Source: the human T2T-CHM13v2.0 reference genome, Homo sapiens. From it: 64,000 nucleotides of DNA. Under the pieces are notes generated by a model. It searched no databases and was not told where the DNA came from. It worked only from the letters and a program-made list of their open reading frames with translations. Position 1 is the first letter of the stretch. Each line of letters begins with the position of its first letter. A program made the translations under genes and the position numbers. The stretch lies in assembly GCF_009914755.1 (NCBI RefSeq), contig NC_060942.1; one strand, written 5' to 3'. Shown here one piece after another: positions 31,060 to 45,828 of this stretch.

Positions 31060-31779
31060 TGAGGGAATATAAATTATGAAGTTTTACTCTAAGAAAATTG
31101 TTCACATGTCAGGAAGACACGAGGTGCACGTGTTCCACTGCATATTGAAGTTGGACTCTTGGGCTGAGATAAGGAATCCTGGGGGTAGGTCCCACTTGTC
31201 TCACGTGATGGTGACCACACCTCTTGCTGTCATTCCTCCTGTTGCGTCCCTCCCTGATCACCACCTTGTAGGGCAGTCTTGGTCCTTGGTGCTCTTCCTC
31301 AGAGGTGCTGCTCTGAAACAAGGGGGCCCATGCTGACCCAGAACAGGCCCAGTCTCAGGTCTGGAGTTTCTCCATTTGGATCGACATGCCTTAGAGCACA
31401 GGCACCTCGCCAGCCACCCCATGGGCCTTCCTTGTACTCTCCTTACACGCTCATGCTGGGTTTGAGCCTGCAGGACCATCTGCAGTGATGGTTAGGGCTT
31501 CAGAAAGATCCAGAGTCCATTCCTGAAATACAGCTGGAGAAACATTTTCCCTGATGAAGTGGGGATAAGTTTGTAGAAAGCAGTATAATTATGAAGAGCA
31601 CCTTCTCCTACTAGAGAGTAAAATGTGCAGACTCTGAGGATTACAACAATGTAGTGTGGCCCCTTCCTCAGCAGACAGATGATTGGTGCAGAGGAGCTCT
31701 GAAACAGACCTCAGTGTATAGAACAACTCACTGTACAGTTAGTTAACATTGGTGGGGACGGGTTAGGTACTGATTGGAG

Positions 31780-32360
31780 AGGTGTTGTTAAATGGAAGTA
31801 AACAAAAACATACTTTAACCATACACCACAGTAAGCCCCAAGGAGCTTAAAGCATTTAATGGAACATAGCAAACTGTAGGAAGAAAAAAAAGAGAGAGAG
31901 AGATGAAGACTAATTAGTCTGTGGTTGGTAACGTTTATTTTAAAAATAAAACCAGTGAAACAGGTTCCAGAGGAAGAGATTTAACTATTTTACTGCATAA
32001 AATTTTAAAAGATCTTATTTACAAAATGAAAATCACAAATTATAACTAAATGCAAATGACAAACTAGGAAATTGTTTACAAAAAGAAAGGTAGAAAATGA
32101 TGTTATCCTAAATATATTATGAATTCAGTAGAAAAATGAAAGACATTAAACCAACTAAGAACAAAAGAAATACATATGAAAACAACAAGACATGTTTCCC
32201 AGGTCACATTGGCAATGATTGCCTTTTAATGAAGTATCATTTCTTGATGAACACCCAGGAAACTCCTATAACCCTGGTGGGAAATGGGCACAACTTTTCT
32301 GAAACATAATCCTAAGAATTCTGCTTTTATTTTCAAATCTTTTTGTGAGCTCATTTTACC
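31780..32360 (+). mobile_element. Degraded old L1 fragments
   Basis: A-rich sequence with L1 ORF2 3'-like phrases (ccatacaccaca, gcaaatgacaaactagga, cacattggcaatgatt). Confidence 0.45.
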
Positions 32361-32770
32361 ATTTGATTTGAAGCAATTTTCTGTTGGTTTCTAAGGATTA
32401 AAGTCATCTATTTCCTGTCCTTTTTAGTCACTGCCATTGTTTTGGAAAACACCGAATTCAGCAAAAATGGAATTTTCACACTGCCACAGTGTTCCCCATT
32501 GTAACATTACCTATTTTATTGATAAGGCCATTCCCAGCTATTCTTATGATCATAGCAGTACCCACACAATGTGGTACTTTGTTGCTAATCACTGGCAGAG
32601 ACCCAGTGCCTGTCACCCTCTGTTTGGCATTCTGTGGCATTTGATGTCCAGGAATCCCTCACTTACTCTTTCTCTTCTGGCAGTTCTTTCTCATCCTTTG
32701 TTAGTTCTGGCCAAGGAGACATCCAGAAAGATCCTTGAGGTCATTCATTCAAATGTAATCCTTTCCTTAA

Positions 32771-32906
32771 CTCATTTATGCCTAGTGTTCCGTTATTGGA
32801 ACGCTAAGCTTGTGTGAGTTATTTATATCCTGCTTCTCAAGGTCATCACCAAGGTATAATTTTTCACACACAAAAAAAAAAATTTGCAACCTCCGGCATA
32901 AATGCG
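32771..32906 (+). mobile_element. MER85 piggyBac-family MITE
   Basis: TTAA TSD at 32767-32770 and 32907-32910; TIRs CTCATTTATGCC / GGCATAAATGCG; internal GTTCCGTTATTGGAAC palindrome; 136 bp. Confidence 0.9.
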
Positions 32907-33420
32907 TTAAACAAGTCATGCCGGGTTTGTTTTGTTTTGTTGTATTGTAGTAATGCATGTTGCCCAATGAGTAAACTCCTCTGAGATACCAAACAAAATA
33001 ACAAATTAAAATGTTAATCTGGGTCTGGAAAACATTCAGACTGTGAAATCTGGGAAATTATATTGCAAGTTGGGTGGTTTCTAAGTATTGATATCAACAA
33101 AATAAAGGCCCCTAATAACATGGAATTTTTAAAAATGGACATTTCCATGACAAACAAAACAATGACACTAAGTCCTATCCTGGTAACTGTTCTAAAACTG
33201 ATTGCCTTGTAAAATAGGAGAAAGCACACTGGGGTGGGAGGTACAATGAGTAACAAGAGGGGTTACCGTGAGGCTGGCTTAGGGTGTTCAGGGAAAGCAG
33301 GACCCCAGGAAGCCATGGGGAGAGGAGTTGTTCAGTGGGGCTAGGGGATAACTAACCTGGATGGTACATGCTGAGTAGTTGCCTTTGTTTTTACATTTAC
33401 TTTTATTGTTTTAAAATTAT

Positions 33421-35759
33421 TGTCTTAGTCCATTTTGTGTTGCTGTAACTGAATACCACAGACTGGGTAATTTATAAAGAAATCGATTTCTCACAGTTTT
33501 GGAGGCTGGGAGGTTCAATATCAAAGTATCAAGGTACTGGCATCTTGTGAGGACCTTTTTGCCATGCCATCCATGGTAGAGGGCAAGGGGGTTGTAGGGG
33601 AAGAGAGGAGAAGGGGGTGAAACTTACGCTCTGTTGGGAACCTATTCCTTCAGTAAGTAACCCACTCCTGAGATAATGGCATTCATCCGATTTACCTCCT
33701 TTCAACACTGTTGCTTTGGGGATTATGTTTCTAACGCATGAACTTTGGGGGGCATATTAAAACCATAGCATTCTGCCCCCTGTCCCCAAAATTCATGTCC
33801 TCCTCATGTGCAAGATATATCCATTCCATCCCATTAGCCCCAAAGTCTTAATGAATTCCAGTACAGACTCAAAGTCCCAAATCCAGAGTCTCATCTGAAT
33901 CAGGTATAGGTAAGACTCAAGGCACGATTCATCCTGGGGCAAATTTCCCTTTAGCTGTGAGTCTGAAATCAAACAAGTTACCTACTTCCAAAATACGTTG
34001 GAACTGGCATAGATGTTCACATTCCAAAAGGCAGAAATAGGCAAGAAGGAAGGGATAACTAGTTCCAAGTCCAAAGCCCAAGAGAGGAAAAAACAATATT
34101 AAATCTTAAGACACCAGAATAATCTATTTTGACTCCATGTCCCACATCCTGGGCACACTGGGGTTGGGGTTGAGCCCACAAGGCCTCAGGCAACCCCATC
34201 CCTATGGCTTTGCTGGGCTCAGCCCACGCTTCAGCTCTCCTGGGTTGGAGCTTATGCCTACAGCTTTCGCGGGCTGGATTGCACACTGGTAGCTCTACAG
34301 TTCTGGGGTCTTGGGGGCTGCCTCACTCCCGTGGCTCCACTAGGCATTGCCCTAGTAGGGACTTTCTACAGTGGCTTCACCCTGTGACAAATCTCTTCCT
34401 GGGACCCTAGGCTGTCCATAACCTTCTTTTAGATCTAGGTTGAGGTCACCATGGCTCCACGGCTCTTGTATTTTCCACACCTGCAGAATTAGTACCATGT
34501 ATTTTATGGCTTGTACCTTCCAGAGCAGCAAGGCCTGCTTGAGTCACAGCTGGGGTGGCCAAAAAATCCTGCACCAGAATTCTGGGAGCAGGATCCTGAG
34601 TGGCCCTGAGCAGTGAATGCTGAGGTACCGCTGGTGCCTGTCCAGAAACCTTGCCCTCAAGGTCCTAGCTTGCTTAGAAGGTCTTTGAAATGCCTTTGGA
34701 GTTTTTCTCCCATCGTCTTGGTGAATAACGCTGGCTCCCTTCTATCCATACTATAATCCTTTTAGCAAATGGTCACTTGGTCATGCCTTTGGTTTGCTTT
34801 CCAAAAGATGCTTTTTTACTCTTTACATGGCCAAGCTGTGACTTTTTCAAATTTTTCTACTCTACTTTCCTTTTAATAAACTCCATCTTTATATCACTTC
34901 TATCCTCTTGCATCTTCCTATAAGCAGTTAAGAGTAACTATACAACTCCTTCAATATTTTTCTTAGAATTTTTTTTCACCAGGTATCCTAGTTCATTGCT
35001 CTTAAATTCTGACTTTCATTAGAGCCCTAGGACATTGACATATTTCAGCCAAGTTCTTGCCACTTTAAAACAAAGATGGTTTTTATTCTGGTTTCTAATA
35101 CCTTGATTCTCGTTTCCATCTGAGACCTCTTCAGAATTGGCTTTACCATTTGTATTTCTACCAACCACTTCAGCAATCTCTAAGAAGGCTCTGACTTTTC
35201 GTACAACTATTCTCTTCTTCTGAGCTCCCACCAGAGTCAACCAGATAATGCTCTAGTCAATCTAGGCTTTTTCTAGCTTGCTTCTCCAAATTTTTCCAGC
35301 CTCTACCTGTTACCCAATTCCAAAGCTGCTTTCACGTTTTCAGTTATTTGTTATAGCAACAGCCCACTTCTCTGTATCAATTTTATGTCTTTGTTTTGTG
35401 TTGCTATAACAGAATACCACAGGCTGGGTAATTTATAAAGGAAATAAATTTATTACTCACAGTTCTTGAGGCTGGGAGTCCAATATCAAGATGCTGGCAT
35501 CTGGCCAGGCCCTTCTTTTCTGTGCTATCCCGTAGTGGGATACACAGGGTGAGGGAGGTTGTAGGGAAGATAAGATGGTTGAACTCATCCATTTACCAGG
35601 AAACTACTCCTACAATAATTAACCCAGTCCTGAGATAACAGAACTAATCCATTCATTACCTAATCACTGCTTAAAGGTTCTCCCTTCCGACACTGCTGCA
35701 TTGGGGTTTAAGTTTCCAACACATGAACTTTGGGTGGGGGGCACATTCAAACCATAACA
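33421..35759 (-). mobile_element. Complete MaLR retrotransposon (MST-like LTR 33421-33770, internal 33771-35385, LTR 35386-35759)
   Basis: Two related ~350-370 bp LTRs (gaataccacag(a/g)ctgggtaatttataaag...catgaactttggg...aaaccata(g/a)ca) flank a 1.6-kb MST/THE1-int-like interior. Confidence 0.88.
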
Positions 35760-35764
35760 ATGCA

Positions 35765-36215
35765 CCTTCTAGAATATAGCTATATGAGTTTTAACATGTA
35801 CATGGAGATGGATCACCTTCACAATTAGAATACAGACTAAGAATAGCATAGTATTCCCCCATGTTATCCTTTTATACTGACACTCTGAGCTCCTATATAT
35901 AATCCTGAGAAACCACTGATTTATTCTCTGATCACTGTAATTTTGTCTTTTCAAGAATGTCAGATGGAATCATACAGTAAGTAACCCTTTGAGGCTGGCT
36001 TCTGTCAGTATAATGCCTTTTGAGATTAATCTTTTATTGCATATATTAATATATGCAATATATTAATTAACCCCTTTCCACTGCTGTGTAGTATTCCTTG
36101 TAGAGATGCATATGTGCTTACCCATTCACCTGTTGAAGGAGATTTGTGTGTTTATAGCTTTTGGCTTCCACAGATAGAGCTGCTATGAACATTCATGTAC
36201 TGGCTTTGCCACAAT
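35765..36215 (-). mobile_element. Old L1 (L1MC-like) 3' fragment
   Basis: aaccactgatttattctctg...ttttgtcttttcaagaatgtcagatggaatcatacag...gctgctatgaacattcatgtac. Confidence 0.7.
36035..36060. repeat. Perfect 26-bp palindrome TATTGCATATATT-AATATATGCAATA
   Basis: The second half is the exact reverse complement of the first, with no spacer. Confidence 0.9.
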
Positions 36216-36763
36216 GGTTTTATCCTACAAGAAAGACTTGGTGCAATCAATGAAAACCCAGGGAGGGGGAAGAATGTCCTTTAGGACGGAATTTCCCCCT
36301 CTGAGAGAGATTTGTAAAGATTTACTTGTCACAGGCCTTGTCAAGACAAAGTCTAAGAAAAAAACAGGAGGAGGGATACCAAGTGTCAGGCAGCTATGCT
36401 CGGCACCTTTAGTGTCTGAGGGTGAAGGCATCAGGAAACATTTACCTCGCAGACTTTCCTGGGGAAGCTGCCATTTTTGTCAGAGGTGGACAACTTAGCA
36501 GCAGAGGCTGCAGGGTGGAACTGGGAGGGGAGGCCCAGGGACAGGTGGAAGTGTGGTAGAATTTGATGAGCCTATTAGAGAATCAGCCAAAAAAAAAAAA
36601 GATGAATTTTTTAAAAGATGTATAGCACCCTCTTGCACAGCTGGAAAAAGAAGCTGCATTTGTGAGTGGCAGAAGGCCATCATTTCCCCCGCAGCCTGCA
36701 TAAAAGGTGATAGTACGCAGGCTTGGCTCAAGCCCATATTTTCACTGCGGAAATGACAAATGA

Positions 36764-37136
<373 letters not shown>

Positions 37137-38462
37137 CCTGCTTACTTCTATAGTTCTAATTTTTAAATTATTTACCAGTGATTCCCTCACCCTTTATGGT
37201 TGGACTTGCTAAAGCAATGGGGATTAGGTTTAGCAGTTTAACCTCCTGGAAACTTCTGAGTGAAAGAACCTCAGTTGACTCCCAGAAAGGTGAAAGGGGA
37301 AGAAGAAGGTGGGGGAACGAGGTGAAGAGACTACCAGCGGCCTCTCTCTGTGCCTGGGGCTGGCCCCCACGCTGCTGTGTAGGAAGTTTTAATTCTGATG
37401 CTAGATGTCCCTTCACCTGCATTCCTCAGGCTGTGCATTTTGCAGAGTCAGCTGGCAGTTAGGGCATCTCTAATTGTTCACCCTGCCTGGGCCTGGTATT
37501 GTCATTTCCCTCTCATCTTTTAATAAGTTCTAGAGTTTTCACTAAAAGCAAAGGATGATAGGATTCTTTGAATGATGTGCAATTTTTCAATCAATGTTGG
37601 AAGCAGAAGGCAGCCCTGATGACCGTTATTGCCTGTCAGTGCGATGTGGTTAGCCTGGTTCCTGTAGACACTGGTGTGTGCTGTCATACGTGGCGTGGCG
37701 GCCCAAGTGTGAACACCTATTTATGATGGCTTCAGATTCACAGCTTCCTGCCTTGTGTCCTTATCGGGGCCTTGAATAATTAGGCTATCACATTACAATT
37801 AGTTTTAATTAGTTTCTGATCTCAATAGCAGTGACTGGTGTCCTCTTTGCTCAGCTTAAAAAGGAAAACGCCATTATTCGAGTTATGAATAGAGGCCTTC
37901 TTTCCAACACTGATAGCCCCAAGATAGAAGTGTTAGAGAAGCTGGTGCTATGAAATGATCTTTACAGAAGTGTTGGTCTTATTCCTTCCTAGGCAAGTTA
38001 TCATGTTTAGAATAATTTTGGAATGTGTGTCTTGTTCTTAGAAATGCAAAGATAGTGAAGTAAGTAGGGACTAAAGGCTGAGACTGGAATGGCAGCTCTG
38101 AGCCCAGGCTTTTATCCCAGTGTCTTCAGTCGCTTCCTGTTGCCTCAGGCGTTTATCCTTCTCTCCCTCCTGTATAAGATAAAGGGCTTGCAGTAAATCT
38201 CAGGCTCCTTCCATCTGTGAGCCAGGGCCTTGTCTCAGATACCCTCCTTCTCTTAAGAGAGGTAGAATTCAAAGAGAAGTCAGCTTTTTCTTTCTTGGTT
38301 CTCTTTTTGTCTCTTAATTGCTGCCTTGAAATTTCTCAAGTTTTTCTAAATTTCATAGACCACGGGGAGGCCCTATTGAATTTAAATACAGTTTAATAAA
38401 ATTAAATTGTTACAACTCCAGTTGTTGGTGTATGGATCTTAACAGGAGTTTCTAATTACAAA

Positions 38463-39019
38463 GTAGGTTAGTTTTCTATTGCCACGTAACAAATTACTGC
38501 AAACTTAGCAGCTTCAGACAACATCCATGTATCATCTCACAGCTTCCGTGGGGCAGGGAGTCCAGGCATGGCCTTAGTAGGTCCGCTGCCCAGGGTCTCA
38601 CAAGGCTGCAGCCGAGGTGTCGCCCAGGACTGAAGTCTCATCTGAGACTTGGGGTCCTCTTCCAGGCCTATGTAGTTGGCAGAATTCATTTCCTTGCTTC
38701 TGTGAAAGTTGTGGTTGCTCCTGCCTCGAGGCCAGTGGGATAATCTCTTTCCAGTCCAGCTCAGAGAAGAGCTAAGCCTTCTTTTAAAGGGCCTACCTGA
38801 TTATCACCTAGGAGAGTCACCCCTTCGATTAACTCAAAATCAACTGCTTTTGGACCTTCATTACATCTGCAAAATCCCCTCACCTTTGCCACCTAATGTA
38901 ACCTAATCATGGGAGTGCCCCCCTCTCATGGGAGTGCCCAGCCCACACTCAAGCCAAGGAGATTATGTAGCACTTGTACACCAGAGGGGAGAATATTGGG
39001 GTTCATTCTGCCTGCCACA
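38463..39019 (-). mobile_element. MLT1 (E/F-like) MaLR LTR
   Basis: ttttctattgccacgtaacaaattactgcaaacttagcagctt...ttggcagaattcatttccttg...tacatctgcaaaatcccctcacc...tctgcctgccaca. Confidence 0.8.
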
Positions 39020-39176
39020 CTGAAGAGGCTTTTGCTCAAATAAATTTGTCATCTGTCTGGATTGATTAGTGGCCATGATTATAACAATATGCCTGGATTA
39101 GGCATTGGAAAATGCCCTGAGAGCCTCAAGGCAGTCTTCTGTGGTGTCTCTGTAGCTGGTTCTTCTCTTCTTCCAG

Positions 39177-39320
39177 ACGTTATCAGGACTACCAGACCAA
39201 GACACCTTCTACGACGTCGTGGACTGCCTGGAGGAGCTGGGCATTGCTGCTGTGTCCCAGAGGCACTTGAACAAGAAAGGGACTGACCTGGACTTAGTGG
39301 AGCAACTCAACATTTATGAG
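39177..39320 (+). CDS. FHOD3: FHOD3 coding exon (probably exon 9), 144 nt
   Basis: Acceptor ttcttctcttcttccag|ACG, donor GAG|gtacca. Phase 0 to 0; encodes TLSGLPDQDTFYDVVDCLEELGIAAVSQRHLNKKGTDLDLVEQLNIYE. Confidence 0.96.
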
Positions 39321-39409
39321 GTACCAGACCATGCCTTTTGTAAGGTATCGTACAGCTTTGGCAATTGTCAAAGGCTGAGATGGCGCCTACTTTAGACCAC
39401 GCGTAAAGC

Positions 39410-39560
39410 GTATGAGCACCATCAGCTTATTAGAAACTCAGCATCGTAGGCTTCACCCCAGACCTACTGAATCAGAAACTCTGAGGGCCCAGCAGACCAT
39501 GTTATGACAAGCCTTCCAGGAGAGTCTGATGCATATTCAAGCTCAAGAACCCTTGATATA
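39410..39560. mobile_element. MER5A (hAT-Charlie) fragment
   Basis: cccagacctactgaatcagaaactctgaggg...acaagccttccaggagagtctgatgca...aagctcaagaacc. Confidence 0.75.
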
Positions 39561-39694
39561 GGGGAAATTGGTTAGCTATTTTCCTTTAAAGAACATGCCG
39601 TTTGTCAGCGGCACCTTCACTCAAGGAGACGGGGAGAGAAAGAGATAGAGACAGAAATCACATTTCTTATACCTGAGTGGGGTGGAACTTCAGG

Positions 39695-40532
39695 CAGGGC
39701 CAGATACATGATTTGTAGCAACCAATGCAAAACGAAAATGAAGGACCATTTATGGAACACTCAAGCAAAAGTGCTGTTAAAGATACTGAAACAACTCTTC
39801 ACTTTCTTCTGTGGTTTCTCCCACCTTGTTATGGTGATTTTCTAATTCGGTATGTAATTGTCGTAAGGAAAGAAAAATTAAAAATTAAAATTTAAAATTA
39901 TTACCATGAATTTTACCATTCATCTTTATATTATGAAGTGTCAGTTTAGAATGCAAATATAAGAGCCTTTAACTTGTAGGCAGAATCAGCCAAATTACCT
40001 AAATCATATTTTGTAGCTCCCATATGCACGTGTATTTTGTTCTTACCAAAACAGCAGAAACAGTACGAAACCGACTGCACTGTTTTTACATCACTTCTTG
40101 GGGTGTGTGCATTCTACCAACACTCTGCCTTTAACTTACTAAAGAGTAAGAAAGGGCTGAAAGAAAAAGGATCTAGGAGCTGCCCTATCTTTTCCTTTCT
40201 TTATGTTGTCATTTCAGCATAAGTTGTTGTCTAACATGGGAAGGTAACAGGGTGAGAAAGGATATGAGAGGCTCCATGGGTTGTCTTCTGTCTGCACTCA
40301 AATCCATCTTGAAGGGAAACATGGCCCCGAGGGCTGTCAGTGCCCCTGCCTGCCCAGTTGTAGGTGTAACATACTTACCTTGTACTCACTTCCAGTCCCG
40401 CAGAACTCCTGCCTATCACCAGTCTACCAGAATCTGTGCACATGAGCAGCAAGGAATGGCAGACATGCATGTTGTACCTCTCTCCTCTGCTGGTGCAACA
40501 GCACAGGTCACTCACCCGTGACGCCGGTTCTG
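39695..40532. mobile_element. hAT-Tip100-type DNA transposon with MER91-like termini
   Basis: Starts cagggccagatacatgatttg...tgcaaaacgaaaatg and ends gcacaggtcactcacccgtgacgccggttctg (degenerate CAGGGCC/GGCCCTG TIR). Confidence 0.55.
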
Positions 40533-40878
40533 CTTTGGGCTACATATCAGGGCTTCGGACCCTGTTGACTTGAGTTCAGACTGTTCCCTGTGGGTTAATT
40601 TTAGGTCAAATGCCCTCACGGTATTGAAAGTACTTAACTATGAGAGTGTTGAAATGACACTCTTTCTTGCTGATCCTCATCATCCCAGTGTCCTGCCATG
40701 GCCAGTTAGGGGCAGATCTGAAGATGTGTTTTCTCTTGGGTGGTATGACCTCAACCAGGAAAGTGAATTCCTCTAGGCCCAAACTTAAAGAATACAATGA
40801 CCCAGGCAATCCCTGAGGACATTCCACCAGTGGCATTCTGTGTGTCTGTCATTGCAAGAGCCTTTGGGGCCTGTATAA

Positions 40879-41198
<320 letters not shown>

Positions 41199-41239
41199 TG
41201 GTTGTTTTTTCGTTTTGTTTTGCCCTCCACCCATCCTTC

Positions 41240-42490
<1,251 letters not shown>

Positions 42491-44796
42491 ATAACTGATC
42501 AGTCTTATTAATAGTAATACATTTAAAAAATATTTCCTATTTCCACTTATAAAGATAATATATACTCATTGATGAAAATTTGGAAAATAACAAAAAGCAT
42601 TTTTGGTATATGAAAAAGCATAAGAGAAAAAAAAATCACCCATGATTTTATTACTAACCATTTTTAACATTTTGGTCTATTTTTCTGGTCTTTTTTGTAT
42701 ATGTGGGTGTGTGTTCATGATGAGGGACATAGTAGTCTACATATAGTGTTGCATGTTGAATCTTATTAGCAAACATGCTGGAAACATTTTCCCTTGTCAT
42801 TACATGTTTAAGAATTTAATGTTTTAGTATAATATTCTATCTGTGTGTATACCATAATATATATAACTAGTCCCTATTTTTTCAGATTTAGATTATTTTC
42901 AAAGTTTTCACAATTACAAATGCTGTTATGAGGAAGATATTCATTCATAAATTTTTCTGCACCGCTAGATCTCTAGGGAAGATATTTTCCATTTCCTTAT
43001 GGTCTTCACTGGATAGAAATGGAGAGAGTGATGTATAACTCACTATTTTCTATAAGTTACTGTCATAATAAGTGACAAGTTGAGGAATAGAACAGAATTA
43101 TCTTTATATGATCTTGGGAGAGAAGAAACTGGGCCCAACATATTTGCTGGCAGCACTTGAAGCTGCCAACAGCCACCAGCTGGCCAGCTCTTTGTGCCCT
43201 GCTCTGGGCATCTTCTCTTCCAGCCCTGCCTCACTCCCTCAGTTTTTTATTGTTACTGACCTGTGGCCCTGGGAGGCCAGTAGGTGACAAAGGAGTATGT
43301 TCTCATGGCTCCTAAGATACAAGATGGAGAATAAAGTAAGCATACTAAAGATGGAAGAGGAAGAGAGCTCAAGAGAGTTGGTTTAAATAAAGGTAGAAGA
43401 TGGACTTTTTCCAGCACAGATATTTCCTTCCCTTAGCCCCCTCACCACCACGATCGGAACTCCTTCCATCTCTTAGATTCTGTTCAGCCAGGGGCTCAGA
43501 TGACCACAGATTTGGATTCCATAGGGTCACTGTATATTCAGAGGCCAGCATGATGCGGATGAATTGCCCATCAGTGAACAAACTGGGAGAGAGTAGTGAA
43601 GAATAGCCTTGATACCAACTCCAGGAATCTAAAAACTATCCTCTGCTTCAGGGCACATTTTCTTTCCAGCCTACCTGCCTCTTAAGCCACCTCCTCAACT
43701 TCTTTCCCTTCATGCCAGACTTTGAAGAAATTATACTGTGTTCACCATCTTTCTTTTGTCGAATTACATGTGCCTAATATTTGAGCATCAAGTGTATATC
43801 ATTCACAAATGAAGCATATTTGTGTCATTTAAAGAGCAATAAAACAAATACCATGTACCAGCTTTAAGAACTAAAACATTACAACTCAGAAGTGTCCTGA
43901 CAGCCGCTTCATTGTCATCCTACTACTCCTATCCCCAGTATTCTCTTGCTTTCTTTAAAAATAATTTAACCTGAAAACCACTTATTCTGTGAGCTAACAT
44001 AATCATATTACTAAATCAGAATTGGCTAATCAGAGATCTTTCCCAGTTATCTGGCTGTACTAATAATTTCAAGAATATAGCCTATCGAGGTGCAGATGGA
44101 TCAGAGAGAGGTCTGGGACATCCCTTGTGACTCCCCAGGTCCTTTTTTCATGATTCAGATGTGTGCTTTCTGACCCGGAACAACAGACAAAGTCTGTAAG
44201 TGAGGTTCACAAGGTCATCTCACCCAGCAAGGAGCATTTAGTTAGGAAACATCTCTACTTCATGCCCCAGAGAGTCATGGCTCACAAATCCATAATTCTG
44301 AGTTTATTTACTATAAGTAGTCCATAGCCAGGGACATCCTGCTAAGGGTATTCCAGAAATAAGAACTCTCAGCAAATATCTTTAATTTATTTGTTAGATA
44401 GTCTAGTTAATTCGCATATTTATGGTAGGTGAGGCAGGTCCTCACATGCTTGTGTCCTTTCCCCAGAAACATCTTTCTTGTAAGATGAGTGAAAGGATCA
44501 TCAGCCAGATGCTTTAGCTCCTTCTTCTCAGTCTGCCCCTAAACAATGTATTATTGAATTTTGTCTGTTTTCAAGCTTTTTATAAATGGAATCGTATCTT
44601 TTGACTCTTTGTAGAATATGCCCTTTTGCTCAGCAGTTTTGAGACCTGTTCCATGTTGATATATGGATAACAGCTTGTTCATTTTCACTGCTGACGAATG
44701 TATCACAATTTATTTATCTGCTCTGCTCTGAACAGATGTTAGGTGGTTTAAATTTTTGTTGCCTTGACAAACAATGCTACTACGAGAGTTCTTGTA

Positions 44797-44801
<5 letters not shown>

Positions 44802-44834
<33 letters not shown>
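44802..44834. repeat. (GT)n microsatellite
   Basis: About 16 perfect GT units. Confidence 0.95.
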
Positions 44835-44835
<1 letters not shown>

Positions 44836-45515
44836 AATAGTTAAGATGTTTAGGTATCAGTTTTATTCATGCTGCATCAAAATATTTAGAAGTTTTTCTT
44901 CCTTCTCTAAGCCCTGGAAATGTTTAAGTGTCATTTCATATTCTGGTCTTTGATGGCTTATTAGAATTCTGTTGGGAAATTACGTGGGCCTGTGATGTTA
45001 AATATATATGTGTGTGGGGTGAGGACAGTGAGGGAAGATTTTTGGTAACTATATTTTTTTCTATGGAAACTGGTCTGTTTAAACTTCCTATTGTTACAGG
45101 ATCAATTTTGCTAAATTACATTTCCTAGGAAATTAGCCATTTCATCTGTATTTTAAAATTCCTTAGCAAAGGAATTTTTATTAGTCTGTTATGAATATTT
45201 TAAATTTCTTCTCTTTTAGTAATCTTCCTTTTGTTATTTCTTACTTTGTGTTTGTGACTTCTCCTTTTCCCTCCAGATTAACTAATGGTTTGTCTATTTT
45301 GTTGATTTTTTTTCAAGCAATAATTCTGACTTTTATATGAATTGCACTGCTTTTCTGTTTTGTAACTCAATGTTTTGCTATTATCTTTATAAATCCCTTT
45401 TACTTTCTTTCAGTTTACCTTGTTATTTTTCTGGATTTTTGAGTTGAGTAATTGATTTCTTTTCATCTTTTAACCATCATTGCATTCTTGTAATACAATC
45501 CATTTGGTAATGATG

Positions 45516-45828
45516 TTTTTTGGTGTTTTTTTTTTTTTTTTTTTTTTTTTGAGATGGAGTTTCACTCTTGCCCAGGCTGGAGTGTAAGGTGCGATCTTGG
45601 CTCACCACAACCTCCGCCTCCCGGGTTCAAGTGATTCTCCTGCCTCAGCCTCCCGACTAGCTGGGATTACAGGTGTGCGCCACCATGCCTGGCTAATTTT
45701 GTATTTTTAGTAGAGACAGGGTTTCTCCATGTTGGTTGGGCTGGTCTGGAACTCCCAACCTCAGGTGATCCACCCTCCTCGGCCTCCCAAAGTACTAGGA
45801 TTACAGGCGTGAGCCACCGCACCTGGCC
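45516..45828 (-). mobile_element. Alu (AluSp/Sq-like)
   Basis: Antisense dimer with long poly(T); TSD aatgatgt. Confidence 0.9.

Noticed and set aside
39062-39286. ORF overlapping the 39177 exon
   Set aside because: Wrong frame; the spliced phase-0 frame gives the FHOD3 peptide.
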